Shown: in pieces, positions 26,097 to 35,867 of the stretch | Layout of the letters: the number at the start of each line of letters is the position of its first letter | Position numbering within the stretch: position 1 is the stretch's first letter | Source: a virus | DNA: 64,000 bases | IMG/VR virus record: IMGVR_UViG_3300035676_000002 | Coordinates: 1 to 64,000 of that record | Strand: one strand, 5' to 3' | Notes under the pieces: generated by a model | Told to the model about the DNA's origin: nothing | The model's input: only the letters and a program-made list of their open reading frames with translations | Database searches by the model: none | Translations under genes and position numbers: made by a program

Positions 26097-26666
26097 CTAA
26101 TTTTTCACCAATTCTGCCCACCCTGATTTCAACTGGATAGGAGAAGCCAATGGAACAAACCTCGTTTCAACTACCCTGTGTGACCTATCAACCATCTTAG
26201 CAAATGGACCGCACATTGTAAAGCCCGTATTGAAGCAATAGACAATTTCTATCGGCACAGAATAGATCATTGGCTCAGTCCAGATTTCTGCGTGACCGTG
26301 ATACAACCCCAATCGGAAGAATCCCGTATCGGTACGGCACATTCTCAAAAATAAACCTATTTCCTTATGTGTCTGCGGATCAAAGACAGAATGTTTGAGG
26401 GGGATTCCGCCAATATACTTCGGCCAAGTACGACGCTTGGGCGGGGTGTATTCATCTGGAATTGCAAAGGTTTTTACAATCTGGTCAACATTGGCATCAA
26501 TGCATCGTTCGTGAACCTCTATGCATATTTCATTGCCCCCCTGCCGGTTCTTGATTGTGTAGACGGTTTCCGCTGGCAAATAAAACCCACTGCATCGAAT
26601 ACACGACGAATCAGCAACGATAGGAAAATCATAACTATCGTTTGCGGCGTGCGTAGCTGAGTGCAT
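26097..26666 (-). CDS. Hypothetical protein
   Basis: Operon context. Confidence 0.6.
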   Translation of the reverse strand: MHSATHAANDSYDFPIVADSSCIRCSGFYLPAETVYTIKNRQGGNEICIEVHERCIDANVDQIVKTFAIPDEYTPPKRRTWPKYIGGIPLKHSVFDPQTHKEIGLFLRMCRTDTGFFRLGLYHGHAEIWTEPMIYSVPIEIVYCFNTGFTMCGPFAKMVDRSHRVVETRFVPLASPIQLKSGWAELVKN

Positions 26667-27204
26667 TAGATTTCTTTCTCCATACTTCAGTCCTTGTGAG
26701 CTTACCTAATAGTTCCGCATCTTTAAGCATCATTATGTATCCATCAGCTTTACCGGGACTCACACGTTCATAATACCCTGCTACAAGTGGATCGGAAATC
26801 TCCATATATAGAAAATACTCCAACGGATTATCTATGGTAGTTTTTTCCATATCCTCCGTAAGCTTTTCCAAATCTGATTCATTACAATAACTTGCGTAAT
26901 GTAAGAACTTCTTATAATCCAAATCCCATATATTTTTCATCTGTCTCCTTATCGCTTGCGTTTCCCCCCATGCCATATGCACGGTTCCGTCTTTGATGAT
27001 TTGCTCTATTCTTTTTTGGGCAATAATCAACTTCTCGGGATCGCTGTCCCATGATATACCGTCAACAGAATAGAGCCGAACTTGCTTATTAGTACCAACT
27101 ATGATATTCTGCTTGGTTCTAAAAACATATTTCCGCCGCCCTATCTTTATCTCAACGGTATTTTTATGGTACGCTCTGCGGAGTTGTTTCTTTACCACTC
27201 CCAC
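26635..27204 (-). CDS. Hypothetical protein
   Basis: Operon context. Confidence 0.65.
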   Translation of the reverse strand: MGVVKKQLRRAYHKNTVEIKIGRRKYVFRTKQNIIVGTNKQVRLYSVDGISWDSDPEKLIIAQKRIEQIIKDGTVHMAWGETQAIRRQMKNIWDLDYKKFLHYASYCNESDLEKLTEDMEKTTIDNPLEYFLYMEISDPLVAGYYERVSPGKADGYIMMLKDAELLGKLTRTEVWRKKSNALSYARRKR

Positions 27205-27422
27205 AAGGCGCGTTCCTTCTCCTCTGCCTCATGGTCAATGCGGCTTAGATAGATACGAAGATTTGGATGCATAGTAATTGCATGATCGAACAAGTCTCCA
27301 AGTTGAACCGTTTCGTGGCAATGTCGGCAGATAACCTCTTGCTCTAGTTCCTGCTGTTCCTCTTCCCACTCTTCAACTTGATTGCTCAACTGTTCCATCT
27401 CTTGTCCTTTCTTTATACTCAT
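27192..27422 (-). CDS. Small C2H2-like Zn-finger protein
   Basis: CRHC...HAITMH. Confidence 0.6.
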   Translation of the reverse strand: MSIKKGQEMEQLSNQVEEWEEEQQELEQEVICRHCHETVQLGDLFDHAITMHPNLRIYLSRIDHEAEEKERALWEW

Positions 27423-27750
27423 TCTCGAATAGGTCTATGATACCACCGGGAATGATGATTGTCAATCCCGTATCAATAATTCCAACAATCAGGTTGTTTA
27501 TATTCCCCGTATCGGAATAAATAAGAAATTGCAAAAATGCGGAAATCCCAAAGCATACGGTCGCTCCCACCAGCCATAGCACCCGAAACTTCCACTTCCC
27601 CGTCCCGTTGGAAAATTTGCTTAGTATTGAGTTTCCTTTAGTCTCCACAACGACGCCTTTCCTGATAGGATTTTTGATTGCAATTCTGAACGTAATTTCA
27701 TTAAAATTTCCCCTAAATGGTTCTTTCCTTTCCCAAGAAATGTTCCCCAA
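27373..27750 (-). CDS. Two-TM membrane protein (start uncertain)
   Basis: Two hydrophobic helices. Confidence 0.5.
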   Translation of the reverse strand: MGNISWERKEPFRGNFNEITFRIAIKNPIRKGVVVETKGNSILSKFSNGTGKWKFRVLWLVGATVCFGISAFLQFLIYSDTGNINNLIVGIIDTGLTIIIPGGIIDLFENEYKERTRDGTVEQSS

Positions 27751-28112
27751 AATAAATCACGATCTGGGAGCACTTCTTCTAGTCGCTTATCCCCCGTTGC
27801 TAGCAGGGATGCCGCTAATCCATCAATGGCAAACTTCTGCCTCAAGAGAGTTTCCATGAGGCGCAATTGTGTTTCTGAATCACTATATTCATTCTTAGGC
27901 TTTCCCATGTGTGATAATCGCCTAATTTCTGATCGAGATACAGCATTTTCAAACGCCGTTTCTAAATTCGGCGGGTAAACGCTCGCCAGAAATGCCGCTT
28001 CAATAGACCGAAAGGGCTTCCCACGTACTAGAATAGTATGCGGATAAGCGTTAGACAGGAAGTTATATTCTCCCGTAAACCCGCGAATGGTTTCCTTGCG
28101 TTGCATTGGCAT
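27621..28112 (-). CDS. NADAR (YbiA-like) family protein
   Basis: FLSNAY, SIEAAF, LRQKF, LLATG, FWG....GKNHLGEILMKLR. Confidence 0.9.
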   Translation of the reverse strand: MPMQRKETIRGFTGEYNFLSNAYPHTILVRGKPFRSIEAAFLASVYPPNLETAFENAVSRSEIRRLSHMGKPKNEYSDSETQLRLMETLLRQKFAIDGLAASLLATGDKRLEEVLPDRDLFWGTFLGKGKNHLGEILMKLRSELQSKILSGKASLWRLKETQY

Positions 28113-28129
28113 ATCCTCCAGTGTTCAAC

Positions 28130-28200
28130 TTTGTAACACATCTATTAGTCTGAGTCAAGTGCTTTCTCTGCTTGACTCACACCTTTCCATGTGCTACCTA
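28130..28200. promoter_or_regulatory. Divergent sigma70 promoter pair
   Basis: TTGACT -35 boxes at 28153-28158 (-) and 28172-28177 (+) forming the inverted repeat TGAGTCAAG/CTTGACTCA. Confidence 0.6.
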
Positions 28201-28219
28201 TGTAAGTGGAGGATTCACT

Positions 28220-28519
28220 ATGAAACACGCCAGTTTTATTCTTGCAGGACTATTCCTACTTATTTTTTCCATTGTAGGAGTAATATTTGTTCGACAAGTA
28301 ATGGAAGTCAGCAAGCGTAACTTCGTATTGAGCGAACTTGTTTTTGCCCAAGCTGGTAAGGCACCTATGGATATATGCGGCGCAAACATGGAAGGTGCCG
28401 CACGGGTAGATAGCATTGTCCATGTGACGTACAGCGGTAGCAAGAAGTCGCTTGATTGCGCGGAGCAAATATACTATCAGGCAGCAGCGGACGTAACACA
28501 GGGGAATATTAATGAATAA
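28220..28519 (+). CDS. Membrane-anchored hypothetical protein
   Basis: GGAGG RBS; N-terminal TM helix. Confidence 0.65.
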   Translation: MKHASFILAGLFLLIFSIVGVIFVRQVMEVSKRNFVLSELVFAQAGKAPMDICGANMEGAARVDSIVHVTYSGSKKSLDCAEQIYYQAAADVTQGNINE

Positions 28520-28880
28520 TCTATGTGGCGCTCTCTTAAGAGAAATTAAATCCACAACTGAAACTATTCATATTTGTGGCTATACGTTAGAGGGCGCTGC
28601 AATGCTATCCGTTTTCTTAATGGAAAATCCCGCCTTCCCTGATATTGAACGCGAAGCTCGATATGAATTTGATCTTAAAAATGCTATTATTGCTGCAAAT
28701 AAAATGGAATCTCATGTTCTCGGTGTGTTTGTTTTTAAGAACGATACAAGCGGAGAGATGGTACATTTTGATAGATATTATTGGGGGGTTATGCACAAAG
28801 AGGGGGTAGACCTACTGCTACATGAACCGTATGGATTTATCAAGGCGAACGGGGGAGAACAAAAGGAAATAGCGCACTAA
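28512..28880 (+). CDS. MPN/JAB-like or hypothetical protein
   Basis: Coupled ORF; ICGY...VLGVF pattern only weakly suggestive. Confidence 0.55.
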   Translation: MNNLCGALLREIKSTTETIHICGYTLEGAAMLSVFLMENPAFPDIEREARYEFDLKNAIIAANKMESHVLGVFVFKNDTSGEMVHFDRYYWGVMHKEGVDLLLHEPYGFIKANGGEQKEIAH

Positions 28881-29191
28881 TGGAAAATAAAGTTGGATTC
28901 TCACGTAAGAAATCAAAGATTCTCAAACGTGAAGTTATTATTGCCAATACCAAAACGACCATTCAAGCACGAACGGTCGGCGGATTCTATCATGGAGAAA
29001 TGATTTTTACAAAGAATGAAACTGGACTTCTGGCAGGGATGGATTCCCACCAAATCGTCCTTCTAGGCAAGATAAAGGAAACATTTCCTAATTGCGATAT
29101 CCTTCTTAATCGTCCTATTCAAGATGGACCATTTAAGAAGTTTGCTCATGCGAAAATTACTTACCCCGCAGAACAGGGAAATCTCTTATAG
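28880..29191 (+). CDS. Hypothetical protein
   Basis: TAATG coupling. Confidence 0.65.
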   Translation: MENKVGFSRKKSKILKREVIIANTKTTIQARTVGGFYHGEMIFTKNETGLLAGMDSHQIVLLGKIKETFPNCDILLNRPIQDGPFKKFAHAKITYPAEQGNLL

Positions 29192-29195
29192 AGAA

Positions 29196-29375
29196 TTACT
29201 TATTCCCGTCTTTGGCCGCAATGAGTCCCGCACCAGCAAGGACACCAAGAAGGATTTCAAAGTCATGCCCCTCTAGTGTTCCCATAATTGCCTTAGAAAT
29301 AAACATTCCCAATGCAGAAATGACTAAAATCGCGCCGGGAATAGTTGTCTTATAATTTTCAAATGCCGTATTCAT
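29196..29375 (-). CDS. Small two-TM holin-like protein
   Basis: GGAGGT RBS; NYKTT..G...GLIAAKD pattern. Confidence 0.55.
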   Translation of the reverse strand: MNTAFENYKTTIPGAILVISALGMFISKAIMGTLEGHDFEILLGVLAGAGLIAAKDGNK

Positions 29376-29498
29376 ACGTACCTCCAGATGGGATATATTA
29401 GTTTTTTTCACCATGCTTTGCAATAGGTTATACGCTTCATCTCTTGACTTTATTCTAACTACGGTCTATGATGGTCAATCACTTTTATGGAGACATAC

Positions 29499-31454
29499 AT
29501 GAGCGCAATCACCTTGACAGATAACTTTATCGAACAGTACAAGCGGCGGAAGCCTAAGTGGGGATATGGGGAACTTGGAAAGCTTGTCTATAAGCGATCC
29601 TATGCCCGAAAGAAAGAGAATGGAAAGCGCGAAGAATGGTGGGAAACAGTACGCCGCGTCGTGGAAGGTTGCTATTCTGAGCAAATCTTTCACTGTCAGC
29701 GTTATGGCTTGCCCTATGATCGGCATAAGGCCCAGCTTTCGGGACAAAAGATGTATGATCTTATATTCAACTTCAAATTCCTCCCCCCCGGTCGTGGCTT
29801 GGAACATATGGGAGCACCCTCGCTTGAAAAGAAGGGGGCGGCAGTATTAAATAATTGCGCTTTCATTAGTACGGATGACTTGCGGCAGGATGCTATTCGA
29901 CCGTTTACGTTCCTAATGGATATGTCCATGCTTGGTGTTGGCGTAGCGTCCGATTGTCGGGGGGCTGGGAAGCTCACCGTGAAGGGCGCAGAACTAACGA
30001 ATAGTTCTATCTTTCAAATCGAAGATAGTCGAGAGGGATGGGTAGCTTCGCTTGCCGCTATCCTAGAGGCGTGGTTCTATGGTCGTCCGCGCCCTATGTT
30101 TGATTACTCGCTACTCCGTAAGGAAGGTGAGCCGCTTAAGACTTTTGGCGGCACGGCGTCCGGTCCCGGTCCTCTCAATGATATGCATTGCGCTATCGAC
30201 GCAATCCTTGAACCGCTACGCGGCAAGCTGATTACCTCAACCGCTATTGTTGATATTTTTAATTGGGTTGGTCGCTGCGTTGTTAGCGGCGGTGCGCGGC
30301 GTACTGCGGAACTAATCTTGGGGCTGGCAAGTGATGCCGATTTCTTTAGGCTCAAAGACCCGAATCTTTTTAAGGAAGAATTACTGAGCCACCGTTGGGC
30401 AAGCAATAATTCCTGCATGGCATCAATGGGGATGGATTATTCTCCCTTTATTGACCAAATTGCAGAAAATGGAGAGCCGGGATTCTTCTGGCTCGAAAAC
30501 GCGCAGCATTACGGTCGGATGAAAGATGGGTATGGGGATTGGGATGTTGGTGTATTTGGAACAAACCCCTGCGGTGAACAATCGCTCGAAAGTGGCGAGG
30601 TATGTAATCTTGTTGAAGTATTCCCCGCCCACCATGATTCACTAGAAGAACTACAACAAACCCTCAAGTTTGCCTATCTTTATGCTAAGACGGTAACGCT
30701 TGTCCCGACACACGATCTAAGGGTCAATTCGGTTATTGGACGCAATCGCCGCATTGGTACATCCGTTACTGGCATTGCTCAATCAATCGAAAAGTTTGGA
30801 TTTCGTAATTTCGTCAATGCGCTTGATAGGTCTTATTCCTACATTCGTGAATTAGACCGTATGTATTCTCGGTGGCTATGCGTTCCTACTTCTATTAAGG
30901 TAACAACCGTTAAGCCGTCAGGCACGGTGAGCCTCGTTGCTGGCGCGACACCGGGGATGCACTTTCCTCATTCAGAATACTATATCCGAAATGTAAGGCT
31001 CAATACAGTTTCCTCGCTTATTGAGCCGCTAGAAAAAGCGGGATATAAAATTGAACCGTCTGCCTATGGGGATAATACTGTAGTTGTATCATTCCCGGTA
31101 CACGAAAAGAATTTCCTACGATCTAAGTCAGACGTATCTGCGCTAGAGCAACTAGAACTTGCTGCCGCTCTACAGCATTACTGGTCGGATAATCAAGTGA
31201 GCGCAACGATATCATTTCGTCCAGAGGAGATCGAAAAGCTCAAACTTACACTTCCGATGTATGAGCATAGGTTGAAGTCTGTATCGTTTCTTCCTCTTGA
31301 CAATCACCAGTATGTTCAAGCACCATACATAACGATTCAACAGCAAGAATACGAAAAACTAATGGAAGGAATTACCCCTATTGATTTTCGTGATTTCAGC
31401 GATCAAGAAGAAAGTGATAAATTTTGCTCAAACGATTCTTGCGTACTAAAGTAG
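29499..31454 (+). CDS. nrdJ: Class II (B12-dependent) ribonucleoside-triphosphate reductase
   Basis: FLPPGRGL, NNCAF, TNPCGEQ, TVKPSGT, C-terminal FCSNDSC; no beta subunit nearby; promoter 29444-29472. Confidence 0.95.
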   Translation: MSAITLTDNFIEQYKRRKPKWGYGELGKLVYKRSYARKKENGKREEWWETVRRVVEGCYSEQIFHCQRYGLPYDRHKAQLSGQKMYDLIFNFKFLPPGRGLEHMGAPSLEKKGAAVLNNCAFISTDDLRQDAIRPFTFLMDMSMLGVGVASDCRGAGKLTVKGAELTNSSIFQIEDSREGWVASLAAILEAWFYGRPRPMFDYSLLRKEGEPLKTFGGTASGPGPLNDMHCAIDAILEPLRGKLITSTAIVDIFNWVGRCVVSGGARRTAELILGLASDADFFRLKDPNLFKEELLSHRWASNNSCMASMGMDYSPFIDQIAENGEPGFFWLENAQHYGRMKDGYGDWDVGVFGTNPCGEQSLESGEVCNLVEVFPAHHDSLEELQQTLKFAYLYAKTVTLVPTHDLRVNSVIGRNRRIGTSVTGIAQSIEKFGFRNFVNALDRSYSYIRELDRMYSRWLCVPTSIKVTTVKPSGTVSLVAGATPGMHFPHSEYYIRNVRLNTVSSLIEPLEKAGYKIEPSAYGDNTVVVSFPVHEKNFLRSKSDVSALEQLELAAALQHYWSDNQVSATISFRPEEIEKLKLTLPMYEHRLKSVSFLPLDNHQYVQAPYITIQQQEYEKLMEGITPIDFRDFSDQEESDKFCSNDSCVLK

Positions 31455-31834
31455 AACAGAGACATAGGAAAATCCGAAAGCCCTTCCTATATCTCGCCCC
31501 CCTCATGCTGGTGGTTATCTCCCTTGGGTGTGCCGTAGGGCGCATCCGAGGGAACCAAGTAGAGGGGTGGGTTATTGGAGTTGCAAAGGTAGAACGATGC
31601 ATTCCTACGTGCAAGGAATGTCGGGACGTGATGCATTACATTGTTTCCACGCCAGCCCCTATGTGTATCAATCCAACCGATCCCGAGCCGACTCCTGACC
31701 CGAAGGCAACACCAACGCCAATCATACAACAATGCGACCGTATACAGGGCGGAAGCATTTCCGGCGCTGCTGCTGGAGTTCTTGGTGCCATGATTGACGG
31801 AGTTATTGCGTACTTTTCGGCTGGCGCAATCTAA
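31424..31834 (+). CDS. Putative lipoprotein with short Pro/Thr segment
   Basis: LMLVVISLGC lipobox-like; PTPDPKATPTP; C-terminal hydrophobic helix. Confidence 0.6.
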   Translation: MLKRFLRTKVEQRHRKIRKPFLYLAPLMLVVISLGCAVGRIRGNQVEGWVIGVAKVERCIPTCKECRDVMHYIVSTPAPMCINPTDPEPTPDPKATPTPIIQQCDRIQGGSISGAAAGVLGAMIDGVIAYFSAGAI

Positions 31835-31843
31835 TACCTTCCG

Positions 31844-32380
31844 ATGCGCGCTTTCTCTCAGAAGCTCCTTGTGGGGCTTTTATGGATTTCTATTCTCTTG
31901 TGCGGAAAAGTGTATGCGGAAGAAATTACCACAGCATCATGGTACGGGCCGCGCTTTCATGGACGACGCACGGCAATGGGGGAGAGGTTTAATCAAAACG
32001 CACTTACAGCCGCACATAGGCGACGTAAGCTTGGATCATATGTTTTGGTTACTTCATTAACTACCCGCCGAAGCGTTGTTGTAAAAATTAATGATCGAGG
32101 ACCATATATTCGTGGACGTGGGCTTGATTTATCAAAGGAAGCGGCGCGTAAATTAGGGATGCTGCCTAGAGGGTTAGAGCGCGTTTCGATAACCGAATAT
32201 AATCCTCCCAAATCATCGTCGCTTGAAGTGCGTGCTGATCTAGAGCCGAACGAGACAAGTAGCGGAACAGATAACCAAATCGCCACGCCACATTCAACCT
32301 TGATACCATACTCAGGCTATCTGTTGCACTTGCCTTTGCTATTGAGGGCATCCATTCAATTTCTGGAGATACGACAATAG
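31844..32380 (+). CDS. rlpA: RlpA-like lytic transglycosylase (DPBB) with signal peptide
   Basis: ASWYG..FHGRRTA.GE.F...LTAAHR, INDRGPY, LDLS. Confidence 0.9.
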   Translation: MRAFSQKLLVGLLWISILLCGKVYAEEITTASWYGPRFHGRRTAMGERFNQNALTAAHRRRKLGSYVLVTSLTTRRSVVVKINDRGPYIRGRGLDLSKEAARKLGMLPRGLERVSITEYNPPKSSSLEVRADLEPNETSSGTDNQIATPHSTLIPYSGYLLHLPLLLRASIQFLEIRQ

Positions 32381-33326
32381 GAATACCCACATTCACAAAA
32401 TCGGCTGTAACAATATTAAATGTTTCTGTAAAACTTACCTGCATCCCAATATCCATATCTGATACTACTTTTAGGAATTGATTATGGCTTACCCATGAGT
32501 GTTCAACTAGGACGTGAGTAGTGTGCTGAAATAACGCACGAAGGTTCCTAAGAACGCTATCCCCGTTTTGCTCTGCGCGTGTACCATTGATATGAAAGAA
32601 GAGAGCCATGCCACGACTGTTGGCAAACTGAATCGCTGCGATTGCTTGTTTTAATTGATTTTTTAGTGGTCGCGTTGCCCCGAAGCAACCAATATGGATT
32701 TCTCTATTATATCGGCGGAATTTTACTACGTCCTCTATGCGAGCGTTGGCTAGCGGCACAGGGATATCACGACGATCATAAATATTAGGAAGCAAAAATG
32801 CTTTTTGATAATCTTGATTACTATAGACATAATTTACGTCATAGACAAATTCATCTGTATTTCCCGACAGGGCAAAGTTATCGTAGATATAGCTCAACTC
32901 AAGATAACGGGCAGTCCAATCCATTGCAACTCCCTCGTTTGCGATGAATGGAATCTTTGAATGTGATCGAACAACCCACTGAACATTGGGATACTTTTGG
33001 CATAGGACGTGGAACTTTTCTGGCACAACCCAAAATGCCTCAATGATAACATGAGTTGGCTGGTAGGCGTGAACCTCTCGATCAATACAATTATTATCAA
33101 TAACCGTAACGACTTTTGATTCAATCTTATTCCGCTGGAGTGCGAGCGAAACAAAGAGAGCCGAGTTTTTTAATCCATATGTACCTTCTCCATAACTAAT
33201 ATGTGGTCGATATTTGCATATAAATAATACTCTCTTGGGACGCTGCGTGTCGTGATGATGACTCATATCACTACTCCAACTGCTTTTTATCAACCTCAAG
33301 TAGTGCAACAGGCGGTTGTAATTCAT
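32166..33326 (-). CDS. GT-B glycosyltransferase (GT4-like); start may be 33266
   Basis: IGCFGATRPLKNQ, SFTETFNIVTAD...GIPIVVS. Confidence 0.8.
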   Translation of the reverse strand: MNYNRLLHYLRLIKSSWSSDMSHHHDTQRPKRVLFICKYRPHISYGEGTYGLKNSALFVSLALQRNKIESKVVTVIDNNCIDREVHAYQPTHVIIEAFWVVPEKFHVLCQKYPNVQWVVRSHSKIPFIANEGVAMDWTARYLELSYIYDNFALSGNTDEFVYDVNYVYSNQDYQKAFLLPNIYDRRDIPVPLANARIEDVVKFRRYNREIHIGCFGATRPLKNQLKQAIAAIQFANSRGMALFFHINGTRAEQNGDSVLRNLRALFQHTTHVLVEHSWVSHNQFLKVVSDMDIGMQVSFTETFNIVTADFVNVGIPIVVSPEIEWMPSIAKASATDSLSMVSRLNVAWRFGYLFRYLSRSALDQHALQATMIWEDYIRLSKRALTL

Positions 33327-33358
33327 AATAACAACATCCCCTCATACGCGCAATATCA

Positions 33359-34678
33359 TTATGGTTCCCACGGAAGAATTATTTTATCTAAACTTACATT
33401 CTTATCGTCTTGAGAGCCTACGGTAATTAATCGGCTGTCTCCTACTGGATGACCAGAGACAGACTCAAACATCCATTGCCCACAGTGCGACTCTAGAATG
33501 CCATTTGATACCGCAAAATCATCTGCTGGGATAAGTGCCCCATTTGTAAGCAATACCGCTCCGCTACTTAGGTGGGTTTGCGAAGCGATATGAACGTGCC
33601 CGACGATAAAGACCTTATACTCCCTCCTATCTGGCAGGGAGGCATTGATACGCGAGATTTGGTGCTCTAAGTGCGCCATATTGATGTTCTTACCGGGATT
33701 TCCCGGCTTAAGAATCGTATCGCCATGTGTTGCAAAAACTTCCTGACCGCATACATTATAAGAGAGCACTTGAAATTCTGGAATGTGAAAATCGACATTT
33801 GCTAGATTCCCGCACGCCTTCTTGACCGAATAATAGATAACGGTTTCGAGACTATCCCACTTATCATGGATTGCCCGTGTGGGATGACGAGACAGGAAGC
33901 GACCATGATTTCCCGTAACGCATCGAACGTCTACCACAGGATATGCTTCGGCAAATCGCGTAATTGCCTGAGAAAGCAAATGAATCGCACGACACGATTG
34001 CGCGGCGAGCCTATCCCCATCCCGTGCATCATGCAATTGATTCTGGATTACATCACCAAGAATAAGCACATTGAGGTGCGTATCTTTGCGATGGTCAAGC
34101 TTATAGCTGCATACTGAACTTACGACCTTTGACAACCGACGCGCTTCCTCAACTGCCCCATAATCCTGCGTCCCGGTGCGCTTGACTACGATATCGCTTC
34201 CGAAATGCAAGTCAGATAATACAACGGTAACAACACGCAATGGACGCTCACCTGACTTTCTGCTGCGAGCATAGCCGAGAGGAGAAAGCTTCGGAACGTC
34301 CATACCTCTAGTAATTTCGAGGAATGATGATTCAAGTTGCTGATTTTGTTTGGGTTTTACATTTACCGAGTATCGGACATTTGCCTCTCCATCCCCCCGT
34401 GGAGATACGCTAAAGTGCTGTCCGACAATATTCCACTTGGCCTTATCTACGCCAAGTTCAGATAGCATCTTATCTACGTCTTTTAGATTCGCAGAAAATC
34501 GTTCGACTTTTTCGTAACGTCGATCACGTCGATTATTACGACGTTCCTTATCGCATGAGATACAGATGGTGCGCCACTTCCCGCCACCCTTAGAAAAGTC
34601 CTGATAGAATTGTGTTGCTGGACCCCCCTTATGGTATTGGCATTTCTTATTCCTGCAATGTGATACGTATTTAGGCAT
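33359..34678 (-). CDS. Calcineurin-like metallophosphoesterase with N-terminal Zn finger
   Basis: SDLHFG, LGD, GNHG, THGD, GHVH. Confidence 0.85.
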   Translation of the reverse strand: MPKYVSHCRNKKCQYHKGGPATQFYQDFSKGGGKWRTICISCDKERRNNRRDRRYEKVERFSANLKDVDKMLSELGVDKAKWNIVGQHFSVSPRGDGEANVRYSVNVKPKQNQQLESSFLEITRGMDVPKLSPLGYARSRKSGERPLRVVTVVLSDLHFGSDIVVKRTGTQDYGAVEEARRLSKVVSSVCSYKLDHRKDTHLNVLILGDVIQNQLHDARDGDRLAAQSCRAIHLLSQAITRFAEAYPVVDVRCVTGNHGRFLSRHPTRAIHDKWDSLETVIYYSVKKACGNLANVDFHIPEFQVLSYNVCGQEVFATHGDTILKPGNPGKNINMAHLEHQISRINASLPDRREYKVFIVGHVHIASQTHLSSGAVLLTNGALIPADDFAVSNGILESHCGQWMFESVSGHPVGDSRLITVGSQDDKNVSLDKIILPWEP

Positions 34679-34686
34679 AAAGCCTC

Positions 34687-35052
34687 CTAGAATTCTATTG
34701 TCCCGAAGCTAGAGTTATCTATCGAATAATGGCATCGGGTAACGCGGCGTGTTCGTAGTGCCGCTTCACAACGAGGACACGGGCGCGCAAGTGCATAGGA
34801 ACCATCCCCACGGACCCTACAGACATAGACGACCGATCCGGTTCCTGCTTTACGAAGAACACGGTACTCTGCGTGTGCGGTAGGGGAGATTTTTCGTGCT
34901 GCCTGATTCCGAGAAGATACAATAACCCCATCGGGGCGTATAGCCACCGCACCAATAGCGTATTGTCGCAAATCATCGTCACGCTTTTGACCGACTTCCC
35001 CTGCTAGATGTAAATATTTCCATACGGGAGACATATTACTCCAAATGCACAA
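34687..35052 (-). CDS. Cytidine/dCMP deaminase-family protein
   Basis: HAE...ARPCPRC zinc motif. Confidence 0.85.
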   Translation of the reverse strand: MCIWSNMSPVWKYLHLAGEVGQKRDDDLRQYAIGAVAIRPDGVIVSSRNQAARKISPTAHAEYRVLRKAGTGSVVYVCRVRGDGSYALARPCPRCEAALRTRRVTRCHYSIDNSSFGTIEF

Positions 35053-35362
35053 TAAGCGGCTTTCCGGCTTCTGCTGAAATTGAAAACTTCCGACCAGATC
35101 GAATAGCTTCTGAAATCATATCATCTTGAGCCTCAGTTAAATTTAATTCCCCACGCTCCTTCCGTTGCAGCTTGAGGATAGTAGCGATAAGATATCCCAC
35201 TTCATCAGAACGTAACGTCGAAAGCGGAGCCTCACGAACCATTTCATATAGTCCAGCGAGCCATGCGTCAGTCGGAATCATGTTTGTTTGAAACTTTTCA
35301 AGACATTCCGAAAGAAGCTGCTTAGTCGTAAGCGGCTTTTTCATTTCTGGCTTAGAATTCAT
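35036..35362 (-). CDS. Hypothetical protein
   Basis: Coupled operon. Confidence 0.6.
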   Translation of the reverse strand: MNSKPEMKKPLTTKQLLSECLEKFQTNMIPTDAWLAGLYEMVREAPLSTLRSDEVGYLIATILKLQRKERGELNLTEAQDDMISEAIRSGRKFSISAEAGKPLIVHLE

Positions 35363-35589
35363 ACTCGTTCCTCCTTTGGAATAACCCTAGCACGAACCCA
35401 CTTAACCGATAAGTATTCAAAAATCTCTACCCTACCATAATGCTCCAAGAGTTTAATCGCATCGCAATAATCGTTATTCGACCATGAATTCACAATAAGA
35501 TGCCCACGCTCTTTAGGAGATTCCTCCGCGCACGCAGCTACAACTACATCCTGTAAGCGATCAATTAATTCTTCTCTATCGCTGGACAT
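35359..35589 (-). CDS. Hypothetical protein
   Basis: Coupled operon. Confidence 0.6.
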   Translation of the reverse strand: MSSDREELIDRLQDVVVAACAEESPKERGHLIVNSWSNNDYCDAIKLLEHYGRVEIFEYLSVKWVRARVIPKEERV

Positions 35590-35867
35590 TATAAATTGAC
35601 TCCTCGCTTTTTAACTTCCGTAGTTTCTCCTGCGTAAACCGTTGCCTTCCCTACGGATATCCTCATTTTCCCTGTTTTAGTAATCAGAACTTGAGCAACG
35701 GACTTACGTGCTCCGCTATCTAAATCTTTTCCAACTACCTCTACGACAATCCATCCCTGCTTATCGCTACTAGCAAGTCGAGTAACTTCTGATGCCCCCC
35801 ACTTAAATCCATATGAGGTATCGAGAAAATACTGTGCAACTCCCTTTGGATCAAGATTCCGGCTCAC
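35589..35867 (-). CDS. Hypothetical protein
   Basis: GTG start behind AGGAG removes most of the overlap with thyX. Confidence 0.55.
   Translation of the reverse strand: MSRNLDPKGVAQYFLDTSYGFKWGASEVTRLASSDKQGWIVVEVVGKDLDSGARKSVAQVLITKTGKMRISVGKATVYAGETTEVKKRGVNL

Noticed and set aside
29499-31454. Intein or intron in nrdJ
   Set aside because: Length and motif spacing fit an uninterrupted monomeric class II enzyme
32166-32380. Functional overlap of the convergent rlpA and glycosyltransferase 3' ends (also 45686-45849)
   Set aside because: The overlapping tails of the plus-strand ORFs lie beyond any recognisable domain; likely incidental run-on
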